IMG/VR virus record: IMGVR_UViG_3300025087_000038
Location: 32,001 to 96,000 of that record
Direction: 5' to 3' (one strand)
DNA: 64,000 nt
Source: a virus
How positions within the stretch are numbered: the first letter of the stretch is position 1; each line of letters opens with the position of its first letter. Shown one piece after another: positions 26,868 through 35,923 of the stretch. The notes below the pieces were generated by a model. It made no database searches, was not told the origin of the DNA, and worked only from the letters and a program-made list of their open reading frames with translations. Made by a program: the position numbers and the translations under genes.

Positions 26868-27223
26868 AAATAGGAACTGAAGTTAAAATTGATGCCGCGC
26901 ATTTTTTGCCTGGTTATGATGGCCCTTGCGGTCTAATTCATGGCCATACCTGGAGGATAGTAGTTGAAGTAGAAGGAACTGTAGATAATACTGGAATGGT
27001 AGTAGACTTTACTCAGATAAAAAAATTGATAAGCAACTACGATCATGACTTCTTTAATAAAACACAAAAACATAATGTTAATTTAATTGAGAACCCCACT
27101 GCTGAAAATATAGCTGAAGTCTTTTGTTATGGTATTTTTTGTTTATCGGAAAATATTCAAAAAGTAGTAGTCAGAGTTTATGAAAGTGCTGTTAGTTATG
27201 CTGAGGTAGAAAAAGAAAGATGA
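26861..27223 (+). CDS. queD: 6-carboxy-5,6,7,8-tetrahydropterin synthase
   Basis: DAAH; CGLIHGHTW; MVVDF; DH; PTAENIA; VYES. Confidence 0.92.
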   Translation: MVKIGTEVKIDAAHFLPGYDGPCGLIHGHTWRIVVEVEGTVDNTGMVVDFTQIKKLISNYDHDFFNKTQKHNVNLIENPTAENIAEVFCYGIFCLSENIQKVVVRVYESAVSYAEVEKER

Positions 27224-27597
27224 AAAAAGAAGCTTGTGAATATATGACTTGGGAAATGTTTGATAAAGCTTCTAGGGAGATAGCGCGATGGGCTAAAGAC
27301 CGAAAATTTACTGGTATATATGGGCCTCCTAGAGGCGGAATAGTTTTAGCCGTTAAATTATCACACTTGCTAAAGATTCCATTAATTGTAAGCAAAGATG
27401 ATATAACTCCAAATGTATTAATAGCTGAGGACATAAAAGATTCCGGAAAAACGCTTTTAGCTGATAGTTATAGAAATTGTCAGATAGTAACTTTGTATTG
27501 GAATAAACAATTATGTCAAGAAACTGATGTCGATAGTCCAGAGTTTTATGTCTATGAAAAAATGGATAAATACATAGTCTTTCCCTGGGAAATTTAG
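27220..27597 (+). CDS. type I purine phosphoribosyltransferase (Gpt-like)
   Basis: GPPRGG; PRPP loop VLIAEDIKDSGKT; C-terminal IVFPWE. Confidence 0.85.
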   Translation: MKKEACEYMTWEMFDKASREIARWAKDRKFTGIYGPPRGGIVLAVKLSHLLKIPLIVSKDDITPNVLIAEDIKDSGKTLLADSYRNCQIVTLYWNKQLCQETDVDSPEFYVYEKMDKYIVFPWEI

Positions 27598-27602
27598 ATT
27601 TT

Positions 27603-27613
27603 TGTAGTATAAT
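27603..27613 (+). promoter_or_regulatory. YGTAGTATAAT promoter-like motif
   Basis: TGTAGTATAAT then GAAAGGA. Confidence 0.65.
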
Positions 27614-27879
27614 ATTAGTGAAAGGAAAACAAAATGACTATATCTTTTAGAAATCCAATAGAATTTATTTCTCAATGGTGGCCCTTAGAAGGCAGACTAT
27701 GGGCAACTTTAATATGGATTTTTTATGTATGGTCAATAAAGGAGATAAGGAGGTATTAGGTATGATTTATTTAGTTGTATTTGGTTTACTTTCTGGCGTA
27801 TTTCTTTTAGGTTTTTGGATAGGCTGCGGGTATAGTACTTTAAAGGCACTAAATGATGAAATATGAGAAAGGAAGAAAT

Positions 27880-28014
27880 GGACTCAGTAGTAATGAAAGT
27901 GCTCATACCTATAATCAGGAACAATGATGGCAATGGTTGTTACGTTGTAGGAGAGTGGAATGTTGCCTTGAGGAGTTTTGCAAGACTTACCTCTAAACGC
28001 CTGCTACTGAGTCC
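27880..28014 (+). ncRNA. predicted multi-stem structured RNA
   Basis: 12-bp closing stem GGACTCAGTAGT/GCTACTGAGTCC; inner CCTATAAT/GTTGTAGG and AACAAT/GTTGTT stems. Confidence 0.4.
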
Positions 28015-28025
28015 TAATTAAAAAA

Positions 28026-28832
28026 ATGGATAAAAACGAAGTTTTAGAAAAGATAAGAAGTAAGATTACACCAGGGCAGGAATGGATGGTAGATAATATC
28101 CAATATCTTACTTTAACGGGTAGTCATGCTTATGGGATAAACAATGAAGATAGCGATTTTGATGTATATGGATTCACTATACCACCTATAGAATATGTTT
28201 ATGCCGATAATTTGTTGGGGTTTGAAGGCCCGCCAACATTTAATCAATTTGAAGGAAAAGTAACCGGAAAGACAAAAAATGAATGTTTAGATTTTACTAT
28301 TTACAATATTACAAGATATTTTAAATTAGTTATGGAAAACAACCCAAATATGATTGATAGTTTATTTACTGGTAAGAATTGCGAGTTAGTAGTAACTGAT
28401 ATAGCTAGAAAAGTAAAGGATAATAGGAAACTATTTTTACATAAAGGTTCGTGGCCGAAGTTTAAGGGATATAGTTTCAGTCAATTGAACAAAATAAGAG
28501 TAAAACCGGAAGATAGAGAAAACCCTGATAGAAAATTAGCAATAGAAAAATATGGTTATGATACACAGTTTGCGGTCCATATTTTTAGGCTTTTAGATGA
28601 AGTAGAACAAATTTTAACTTTAGGCGATATAGACTTAACAAGAAATAGGGAACAATTGAAAAGGGTAAAAGAGGGATACTACAAATTAGAAGAAATAGAC
28701 AAATACTTTAAAGAAAAAGAGTTAATGTTAGAAAAGGCCTACAATGAATCAACTTTACCTTGGGGGCCAAGAGAAAAAGAAATACGAGAATTACTAGTAA
28801 CCTGTTTGGAGGACTTTTATGAAAACCCTTAA
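28026..28832 (+). CDS. RlaP/YcgL-like DNA pol beta-superfamily nucleotidyltransferase
   Basis: TGSHAYG...DSDFDVYG; NNPNMIDSLF; YGYDTQFAVHIFRL. Confidence 0.85.
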   Translation: MDKNEVLEKIRSKITPGQEWMVDNIQYLTLTGSHAYGINNEDSDFDVYGFTIPPIEYVYADNLLGFEGPPTFNQFEGKVTGKTKNECLDFTIYNITRYFKLVMENNPNMIDSLFTGKNCELVVTDIARKVKDNRKLFLHKGSWPKFKGYSFSQLNKIRVKPEDRENPDRKLAIEKYGYDTQFAVHIFRLLDEVEQILTLGDIDLTRNREQLKRVKEGYYKLEEIDKYFKEKELMLEKAYNESTLPWGPREKEIRELLVTCLEDFYENP

Positions 28833-29007
28833 GATGCCGACACTTTCAAAAGCATTAAAAGACAGTAATGCCTATCTTGATGGTTATATCCATGCCATAA
28901 AATTATTGCAGCGAATTAAGGGCCAATATCCATCTATTTTTAATGAAGTAATAACAGAAGAAGATTTATCAAAACTAAATGTTGGAGAACTACAAAGGAA
29001 AAAATAA
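28819..29007 (+). CDS. hypothetical protein
   Basis: GGAGG RBS; 62 aa. Confidence 0.5.
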   Translation: MKTLKMPTLSKALKDSNAYLDGYIHAIKLLQRIKGQYPSIFNEVITEEDLSKLNVGELQRKK

Positions 29008-29008
29008 T

Positions 29009-29113
29009 GCTGGCCAGTAGGTGGAAAATCCATAGGAAGATTATAGCAAGTCAGAAAGGCCCTCCTTCCCATGAGCAGCTATAGGCAGAATTGGGTCTAC
29101 TGGTCAGTTTTTT
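29009..29113 (+). ncRNA. predicted rod-like structured RNA ending in a T-run
   Basis: 13-bp stem GCTGGCCAGTAGG/TCTACTGGTCAGT; inner TTATAGC/GCTATAG; T6 tail. Confidence 0.45.
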
Positions 29114-29131
29114 CAAGCAATTTTTAACTTT

Positions 29132-29142
29132 TGTAGTATAAT
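29132..29142 (+). promoter_or_regulatory. YGTAGTATAAT promoter-like motif
   Basis: TGTAGTATAAT then GAAAGGA. Confidence 0.65.
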
Positions 29143-29164
29143 CAAAGTAGAAAGGAATATAGAT

Positions 29165-29356
29165 ATGTCAATAAGGGGTTTGTGGATTTTGTTAATAGGG
29201 TATCCAAATAAAACACTTTATCAGAAGTTAAGAATCCTTTTGAAAGGCAACAAACTATATTTTGCGAGGAAAGGGAAAACCGTAAGATGTGTTTTAGCAT
29301 TGTCTAAAGAACATGCTCAATCCAAACGTTTAACATGGAATATACAGGAAGTCTAA
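29165..29356 (+). CDS. hypothetical protein
   Basis: RBS after the promoter motif. Confidence 0.5.
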   Translation: MSIRGLWILLIGYPNKTLYQKLRILLKGNKLYFARKGKTVRCVLALSKEHAQSKRLTWNIQEV

Positions 29357-29357
29357 T

Positions 29358-30884
29358 ATGGAACTAACATTAGAGATATGTAAAGAGATAGATAGGGCCG
29401 GTGGTAAGCCTTACTTTATCGGCGGCTGGGTAAGGGATAAAGTAATGGGAATAGAAAGTAAAGACATAGATATAGAGGTCTATGGATTAGACCAGGATAA
29501 ACTGGAAGAAGTGTTAGTGAGGTTTGGCGACGTAAGCCTTGTGGGGAAACAATTTGGGGTGTACAAATTGTCAATATTTAGGTTAGAGAAAATAGATATA
29601 AGTTTACCAAGAACAGAAAGCAAAACTGGGGTAGGTCATACCGAGTTTACTGTTACGGTAGATCCTTACATAACAATGGGGCAAGCAATACTGAGACGGG
29701 ATTTGACAATAAATAGTTTGTTTTATAACCCGCTTACTGGTGTGATAATAGATCTATGCCACGGTAGGGAGGATATAAAAAACAAAACATTAAGAACCAT
29801 AACCGCAGATAAATTTAGAGAAGACCCACTAAGAGTTTACAGGGTAATGCAGTTTATGGGTAGATTAGAATTTACACCAACCGAAGGGTTAACAGAACTC
29901 TGCACAGAAATAGTGAAATCTGGGGAACTGGATGAACTGTCTAAAGAACGGGTATATGAAGAATTTGAAAAACTGTTGTTGAAATCCAAGAGACCATCTT
30001 TAGGTTTAAGATGGGCATTAAGTATTGGATTACTTGAGAAATACTTTCCAGAACTGTCAATGTTGGTTAAAGTGGAACAAGACCCGCAATGGCACAAAGA
30101 GGGAGACGTGTTTAATCATACTATGATGGCTCTTGACGCAGGCGCTAAGTTGCGCGATACAATAACGGGAGAAGACGAAGAAGAGTTACGGAAACGCAAA
30201 GCAATATTTATGTTTGGAGTGTTATGCCATGATTTAGGAAAAGGAGTAGCCGGAATAACAGAAATAGATGGGGATGGCACTGTCCATTCCAGACGGCATG
30301 AGTCTGCCGGAGAGGAACCGACATTATCATTTTTAGATAGGATAACAAACGATATAGAACTAAGAAAGAAAGTAGTGTTTTTGGTTACTAATCACATGAC
30401 ACCGTTGAACCTTTACAATTCTTATTTGTTAGGCAATAATCCAAGGGATTCAGCATTTAGAAGATTAGGAATAAAAGCTTTAGATGCTATGGTAGCATTA
30501 GACGATTTGCTTTTATTAACACAAGCCGATAATAATGGTAGAATTTCAACTGTGGGTTCTTTGAACGATGGAATAGTGCCATGGTTTAACAAGAGAATAG
30601 AAGACATGATTTTTAAAGGTCCAGTAGTGCCAAAACCGTTAATAACAGGCGATGATTTAATACACGATTTTAGTATGAAACAAGGTATAGAATTAGGAAA
30701 ACTTCGTAAGGAAGCATATGATTATCAAATAGAAAATGATATACAAGATAAAGAGGTAATGGTAGAATACGTTAAGGGGTTGTTAAAAGAAAAGGGGGAT
30801 GCTTATGTTATGGTTAATAATACCAATAGTTTTGTTTGTTGTTTTTGTGAATTATTTGGGTTGGAAAAAATCACCCTATTGTAA
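29358..30884 (+). CDS. cca: CCA-adding enzyme (class II nucleotidyltransferase) with HD domain
   Basis: GGWVRD...DIDIE; RRDLTIN; EDPLRVYR; ERVYEE; HxEGDVFNH; HDLGK. Confidence 0.9.
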   Translation: MELTLEICKEIDRAGGKPYFIGGWVRDKVMGIESKDIDIEVYGLDQDKLEEVLVRFGDVSLVGKQFGVYKLSIFRLEKIDISLPRTESKTGVGHTEFTVTVDPYITMGQAILRRDLTINSLFYNPLTGVIIDLCHGREDIKNKTLRTITADKFREDPLRVYRVMQFMGRLEFTPTEGLTELCTEIVKSGELDELSKERVYEEFEKLLLKSKRPSLGLRWALSIGLLEKYFPELSMLVKVEQDPQWHKEGDVFNHTMMALDAGAKLRDTITGEDEEELRKRKAIFMFGVLCHDLGKGVAGITEIDGDGTVHSRRHESAGEEPTLSFLDRITNDIELRKKVVFLVTNHMTPLNLYNSYLLGNNPRDSAFRRLGIKALDAMVALDDLLLLTQADNNGRISTVGSLNDGIVPWFNKRIEDMIFKGPVVPKPLITGDDLIHDFSMKQGIELGKLRKEAYDYQIENDIQDKEVMVEYVKGLLKEKGDAYVMVNNTNSFVCCFCELFGLEKITLL

Positions 30885-30993
30885 ATGGTGCAAAGGCAGA
30901 CATTATGGGAGATGTATTTTTAATCCTCGTTCTGGGAAAATTTTTGCTAATACTAATGATGGATATTTTGACTATACCCACCCAAATAAATAA
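30799..30993 (+). CDS. small membrane protein with Cys/His motif
   Basis: N-terminal TM segment; CKWC...H...C. Confidence 0.45.
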   Translation: MLMLWLIIPIVLFVVFVNYLGWKKSPYCKWCKGRHYGRCIFNPRSGKIFANTNDGYFDYTHPNK

Positions 30994-31011
30994 TGAAGAA
31001 GGGAGCCGAAA

Positions 31012-31986
31012 ATGCCAACTAATTTAAAAGTAGAAGTAGTAGAAATAGGAGAATTAGAAAAACATCCCAATGCCGATACACTATCAATAGTAAAAGTAAA
31101 AGGATGGCAATGTATAGTAAAAACAGACGAGTTTAAAGATGTAAAACTGGCGGCGTATATTCCTATTGATTCCTTGATACCGGAAAGTCTTCAGACCGTT
31201 ATACCAGTAAAACGAATAAAAACTATAAGACTGAGAGGAATAATCTCGCAAGGAGTTTTGTTACCAGTAAGAGAGAATTGGAAAGCGGGGGATGATGTAA
31301 GCGAAGAATTGAGGATAACTAAATATGAACCGCCAGAGCCAACAATACTGGGTGGCGAAGATACCTATACCCCTGAAGGGTTTATAAAATATACCGACAT
31401 AGAAAGAATTCAAAACTACCCAAACATAATTACTCCTGATATGGAAGTAGTAATAAGTGAAAAGTTGCACGGAACCAACTTTAGGGTTGCTATGCTGGAT
31501 GGGAAGTTTTACGTGGGTAGCCATAGAAATACAAAGAAAAGGGCAGAAGGAGATAAAAAAGAAACCGTTTATTGGCAAATGGCGTTACAAGAGGATATAG
31601 AGAATAAACTAAGACGTCAGGGGTATAACAACTTAGTTTTGTTTGGGGAGATATTCGGGTCAGGAATACAGAAATTGCATTACGACTGTGTCCAGAATGA
31701 AAGGAAGGTTGCATTCTACGATATTTGGCAAAATGGCGGATACTTAGATTTTAATAAGTCTTGGAATTGTATATTAAAATTAGAACTACCCTGCGCACCA
31801 ATTTTTTACCAAGGCAAATTTGATATACCGTTAAGTTTGTATGACGAAAGAAAAACATATTATGGCGGGGCGCACAATATAGAAGGAGTAGTAATAAAAC
31901 CAGTAAAAGAAATGTTTAATGAAGAAATTGGAAGGGTGGTATTGAAATACATTTCGCCAGTGTATTTGTTGAGAGGGGGTGAATAG
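31012..31986 (+). CDS. RNA ligase, DRB0094/Rnl2-like with N-terminal OB-fold
   Basis: HPNADTL; SQG; EKLHGTN; FGEIFG; FYDI; EGVVIK; LKYIS. Confidence 0.9.
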   Translation: MPTNLKVEVVEIGELEKHPNADTLSIVKVKGWQCIVKTDEFKDVKLAAYIPIDSLIPESLQTVIPVKRIKTIRLRGIISQGVLLPVRENWKAGDDVSEELRITKYEPPEPTILGGEDTYTPEGFIKYTDIERIQNYPNIITPDMEVVISEKLHGTNFRVAMLDGKFYVGSHRNTKKRAEGDKKETVYWQMALQEDIENKLRRQGYNNLVLFGEIFGSGIQKLHYDCVQNERKVAFYDIWQNGGYLDFNKSWNCILKLELPCAPIFYQGKFDIPLSLYDERKTYYGGAHNIEGVVIKPVKEMFNEEIGRVVLKYISPVYLLRGGE

Positions 31987-32290
31987 AATGGGTAAAAATA
32001 ATATTAATGCAGGTTTTGGTAATATAGTGAAAGAAAAAATAGATTTAGAGCAGTGTGGGATTTACCAGATGGGTTTGACAACAAGTGAGATAAAAGAATA
32101 CCTAAAAAAGAGGGCTGGGATAACAAAGTTAGGGCGCCTTTACGAAAAGTTTAACAGGATTGCTGGAGTAAACACTGTGGGCGCAGGGAGGTGTGAATTC
32201 TGCGGTAAGCAGTTTTCGCTGATGTATAGGCATGATGTAGAGCGGTTTACTAATTTGTTACTTAAAGGAATCCCCACCTATTTTGATTAG
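31979..32290 (+). CDS. hypothetical protein
   Basis: 103 aa; CEFC. Confidence 0.5.
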   Translation: MNRMGKNNINAGFGNIVKEKIDLEQCGIYQMGLTTSEIKEYLKKRAGITKLGRLYEKFNRIAGVNTVGAGRCEFCGKQFSLMYRHDVERFTNLLLKGIPTYFD

Positions 32291-32303
32291 CTTTTTAGAA
32301 TTC

Positions 32304-32314
32304 CGTAGTATAAT
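32304..32314 (+). promoter_or_regulatory. YGTAGTATAAT promoter-like motif
   Basis: CGTAGTATAAT then GAAAGGAGGT. Confidence 0.65.
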
Positions 32315-32469
32315 AGATATGAAAGGAGGTAGTAGATGAAAATTAAGGTAGAGTTTATAGTTGAATCAGCTGATTATGGTGAAGAGGAATTTAGAAAGGA
32401 AATTGAAACCCTTATTAAAGATATTGACCCCGAGACAAAACTTTTAAGTTTTGAGATGCGCGAGATATC

Positions 32470-33183
32470 ATGATAAAACTAAATGCTGAAGAGAAAACAT
32501 TCTTTAGTATTCAAGGAGAAGGACTTCAGATAGGTAAACCTGTAGTATTTGTTAGGATGGCCGGTTGTAATTTCCGTTGTCGGTGGTGTGATACGGTCTA
32601 TGCTCTAACAACAGCTGGGGCATTAGAGCTAACAACAGCCCAGTTGATGCGAGAAATAAGTCAGTATGGCTGTAAAGATGTAATTCTTTCAGGTGGCGAA
32701 CCTTTGATTTATCTGAAGAATGGGTTAGAGGAATTGGTAGATAGTTTATTAGGAAATTGCTACGATATTCAGTTTGAAACTAATGGTATTGTTTTTCCAG
32801 AATCTTTATCTCACCTTAGAATTTTTTGGAGTGTAAGTCCAAAGTTAGGGTCTGCTGGGGATGGTAGTGAAAGAACCTGGAATAATATTCAAAGTTACAT
32901 TGACAAATGTCCTGGTAGACTTCAAATTAAAATAGTAATTGCTAGTAAGGGGGATTTTAAAGAACTATTTGAAGAAAAATTATTAAGGTTTGAAGATATA
33001 AAAAGGAAAAGAATTCCTTTAATTCTTCAACCAGAGGGGCAATACGAATTGGTGGAGTATCGGCAAAAGTGTGAAGACTTAGTTAAACTGGTAAAGGAAA
33101 ACTGGCAATTAGTTAAGGATTACAACTTAAGGGTTCTGTTTCAGTTTCATAGATTTATCTGGGGTGTAAGGAGAGGCGTTTAG
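32470..33183 (+). CDS. queE: 7-carboxy-7-deazaguanine synthase
   Basis: SIQGEG; FVRMAGCNFRCRWCDT; SGGEP; ETNG; SVSPK; LQP; QFH. Confidence 0.92.
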   Translation: MIKLNAEEKTFFSIQGEGLQIGKPVVFVRMAGCNFRCRWCDTVYALTTAGALELTTAQLMREISQYGCKDVILSGGEPLIYLKNGLEELVDSLLGNCYDIQFETNGIVFPESLSHLRIFWSVSPKLGSAGDGSERTWNNIQSYIDKCPGRLQIKIVIASKGDFKELFEEKLLRFEDIKRKRIPLILQPEGQYELVEYRQKCEDLVKLVKENWQLVKDYNLRVLFQFHRFIWGVRRGV

Positions 33184-33189
33184 AAATTT

Positions 33190-33200
33190 TGTAGTATAAT
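33190..33200 (+). promoter_or_regulatory. YGTAGTATAAT promoter-like motif
   Basis: TGTAGTATAAT intergenic. Confidence 0.65.
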
Positions 33201-33220
33201 ATAGATGAAGGGCAAAAGAA

Positions 33221-33454
33221 ATGGAATTGTGGAATGGTGTTTCTGTCAGAAAAAGAGTTGCTGAAGTAAACATGAGACGCAAAATAATAGAAGGAGAGCA
33301 CCCTTTTTCTGAGTGTATAACCACAATGTTGAAAACCCCAAAACAATGTTTGAGCAAAAAGTGTATTATTGGGTTATTGATAGATGTAATAGAAAAACAA
33401 AAAAGAAGGAGAAAGTATGAAAGCGGTTTGTTTGTTAAGTGGCGGATTAGATAG
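33221..33454 (+). CDS. hypothetical protein
   Basis: 77-aa ORF after the promoter motif. Confidence 0.45.
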   Translation: MELWNGVSVRKRVAEVNMRRKIIEGEHPFSECITTMLKTPKQCLSKKCIIGLLIDVIEKQKRRRKYESGLFVKWRIR

Positions 33455-34115
33455 TGGCACGACAGCAGCAATAGCAAAAAGTCAAGGTTATGATTTGTAC
33501 TGCATTAGTGTAAACTACGGTCAAAGACTAAGTAAAGAGTTAGAAAGAGCAAAGCGGGTTGTAAAGGCTTTAGAGGTAAAAGAACACAAAGTTTTAGACC
33601 TTTCTTTTCTAAAAGAACTAACAAAAGGGGCAACAGCCTTAACTGATGAAACAATAGAAGTACCGAAAGACAGAAATTTAAGTGAAATGTCAGCTAAGAT
33701 TCCAATAACTTATGTTCCAGGTAGAAATACAATTTTACTTAGCATTGCAATGAGTTACGCAGAGAGCATAGACGCTGAAGCGATTTTTATTGGAGCGCAT
33801 TATTTGGACTATTCTGGATACCCAGATTGTCGTCCAGAGTATTTTCAAGCTTTACAAAAGGTTATAGAATTAGGTACTAGAGTAGGAACAGAATTAGGAA
33901 AACCAATTAAACTTGAAACCCCGATTTTGATGTATAGTAAAAAAGAAGTCATTAAGAAAGGTTTAGACTTAGAGAAGCAGCTGTGTGTTGAATTTCTCAA
34001 ATACACTTGGAGCTGCTATGAAGGGTTGGATAAGCCTTGTGGTACTTGTGATAGCTGTAAGATACGGCAAGCAGGCTTTGACGCTTTAGGAATAATTGAC
34101 CCTGCTTTTTTATAA
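33417..34115 (+). CDS. queC: 7-cyano-7-deazaguanine (preQ0) synthase
   Basis: SGGLDS; YGQR; TYVPGRN; YPDCRPE; TWSCY; CGTCDSC. Confidence 0.95.
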   Translation: MKAVCLLSGGLDSGTTAAIAKSQGYDLYCISVNYGQRLSKELERAKRVVKALEVKEHKVLDLSFLKELTKGATALTDETIEVPKDRNLSEMSAKIPITYVPGRNTILLSIAMSYAESIDAEAIFIGAHYLDYSGYPDCRPEYFQALQKVIELGTRVGTELGKPIKLETPILMYSKKEVIKKGLDLEKQLCVEFLKYTWSCYEGLDKPCGTCDSCKIRQAGFDALGIIDPAFL

Positions 34116-34202
34116 AATTTTTGAAGGATTTTTGTAACTGTATGGAATAAAAGGAGTTATATAAGCATTTTTTGAATAAAAAGCGTGGCCTTTTTTGTAT
34201 TT

Positions 34203-34213
34203 CGTAGTATAAT
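34203..34213 (+). promoter_or_regulatory. YGTAGTATAAT promoter-like motif
   Basis: CGTAGTATAAT then GAAAGGGGG. Confidence 0.65.
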
Positions 34214-34233
34214 ATATACAGAAAGGGGGAGAT

Positions 34234-34623
34234 ATGGAGACTGATTGTCAGCATGAAAAGTATTGTACTAAAGAGGGGAAAGGTTGGGTTTTTACTTGTT
34301 TTAACCCAACGAAGATGTTAGATAAAGGTTGTTCTATATATGAAGGAAGGAGGGGAAAAGTAGCCAGAAAAGATAAAGGAGTGTTAGTAGTAAGACCGTT
34401 GAGTGAAGAGGTTTTACAGGAAAATATAAAAAAAGGAGGTAGAGAAATGGCAGAAGAAGCAACCGCAGTAAAGGCAAAGACAGTGAAGGACGGAACACCA
34501 AATAGGGTGAAGTGCACCGTTTGTAGTAAAGAGAAGTTTACACGTCCTGATAGGTATTTGCAGTTGCAAAAGGACGGAAGAATAGACACCTACGTATGTA
34601 GAGCGTGCCGACCTGAGAAGTAG
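34234..34623 (+). CDS. Cys-rich hypothetical protein (possible second start at 34448)
   Basis: CTVC...CRAC Zn ribbon; internal AAGGAGGT RBS before MAEEAT. Confidence 0.55.
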   Translation: METDCQHEKYCTKEGKGWVFTCFNPTKMLDKGCSIYEGRRGKVARKDKGVLVVRPLSEEVLQENIKKGGREMAEEATAVKAKTVKDGTPNRVKCTVCSKEKFTRPDRYLQLQKDGRIDTYVCRACRPEK

Positions 34624-34650
34624 TAAGGTTATTGAGGTAGATAGTAGTAA

Positions 34651-34965
34651 GTGAGAGTACCTTACAAAGATACTCTCACTTATAATTATTACGGAGACAT
34701 TGTGGGACAATCTAAAAAATTTAAACAATTTATGACTGAATGCAAAAATTTTGAGAAGTTTGAAGAGTTAGTAAAATTAGGTTTAAAAGGAATAACTCTC
34801 GGCGAAAAAAAATATCCAAAAGATAAATTTCTTAAAACAGATATGATTAATTCCGTTAAAGAAGAAATACGAGACATAGTGGTTTACCTGTTTTTTCTTT
34901 ACCTTAAAATAGATAAATTAGAAAAAGGTGTTACTCAAGACCTTTATGAATGGAAAAATAAATGA
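34651..34965 (+). CDS. putative all-alpha (MazG-like) NTP pyrophosphohydrolase
   Basis: GEKKY followed by acidic helix KEEIRDIVVY. Confidence 0.45.
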   Translation: MRVPYKDTLTYNYYGDIVGQSKKFKQFMTECKNFEKFEELVKLGLKGITLGEKKYPKDKFLKTDMINSVKEEIRDIVVYLFFLYLKIDKLEKGVTQDLYEWKNK

Positions 34966-35714
34966 TTGCATTATCTCATACTGTTCCTACCAAATACTTA
35001 GATACTTTTAGTTCTTATTCTACTTATTGTTTAGTATTGGCGCATTTAGTAGGCGATGATAAGGACTACACTAAATTTTTTCAAGAAGAAAAAAGAAAAG
35101 GAAAATATATTGTCTTAGACAATGGTGCTTACGAAAAAGGTATAAGTATTCCTGATAAAGACCTTTTACAGAAAGCTATTTTACTAGGGGCAGACGAAAT
35201 AATTTGTCCTGATGTATGGAAGGATTCTGAAAACACCATCAAACGAACTAGAGAGTTTTTACATTACGTTAACGGAGAAAGTAAGTTAAAAAATTTTCAG
35301 TTTATGTTTGTACCGCAAGGCGAAACGCTTGAAAAATGGATTTTTTGTTTTAATAATTTAAGCGTCATTCCTTTGTTCAATACTTTAGGGTTAAGTTTTA
35401 TAGCCGTTCCAATAAAACGAATATGGATATATGAATACATTTGGGAAACCAATACTAGGTGCGTTCACCTTTTGGGATTAGAGAATTGTGGAAATTTAGA
35501 ATTAAAATATTTTAGTAATTTTAAAGAAGTTATTAGATGCGATACAAGTTCAGCTTTTCAATTCGCTTTCGAAGGAATTGAATTAAAGGAAAAACTTCCT
35601 TATAAGAGAATTGTACGAAAATTAGATTTTAATACTGAATTTGATGAGAAACTTTTGCCTTTGTTCAATCGTAATATGCAAGTGTTAAATAATTGTGGAA
35701 AAGGGAGTAAATGA
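34962..35714 (+). CDS. DpdA/TGT-like TIM-barrel protein
   Basis: IVLDNGAYE; PDV; FVPQG; VHLLG; CDTSSA; located among que/folE genes. Confidence 0.65.
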   Translation: MIALSHTVPTKYLDTFSSYSTYCLVLAHLVGDDKDYTKFFQEEKRKGKYIVLDNGAYEKGISIPDKDLLQKAILLGADEIICPDVWKDSENTIKRTREFLHYVNGESKLKNFQFMFVPQGETLEKWIFCFNNLSVIPLFNTLGLSFIAVPIKRIWIYEYIWETNTRCVHLLGLENCGNLELKYFSNFKEVIRCDTSSAFQFAFEGIELKEKLPYKRIVRKLDFNTEFDEKLLPLFNRNMQVLNNCGKGSK

Positions 35715-35923
35715 TAAAATTACCAAAAGGATATAAGGCAGTTAAGGATAGCACTGTAGGAATAAGTTACGTTAATAAAAATGGAAATATTGTATTTCAG
35801 CACCCCAAAGACTCGGATGTTACAAGGCGGTGCTTAAAAGAATTTATTAGAGTACGTAGAATAAGAGAAAAGGAAGCGCAAAAATTACAAGCAAAAATAG
35901 GCAAAGGAGGAGTAAATGGATAA
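35711..35923 (+). CDS. hypothetical protein
   Basis: 70-aa coupled ORF. Confidence 0.5.
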   Translation: MIKLPKGYKAVKDSTVGISYVNKNGNIVFQHPKDSDVTRRCLKEFIRVRRIREKEAQKLQAKIGKGGVNG

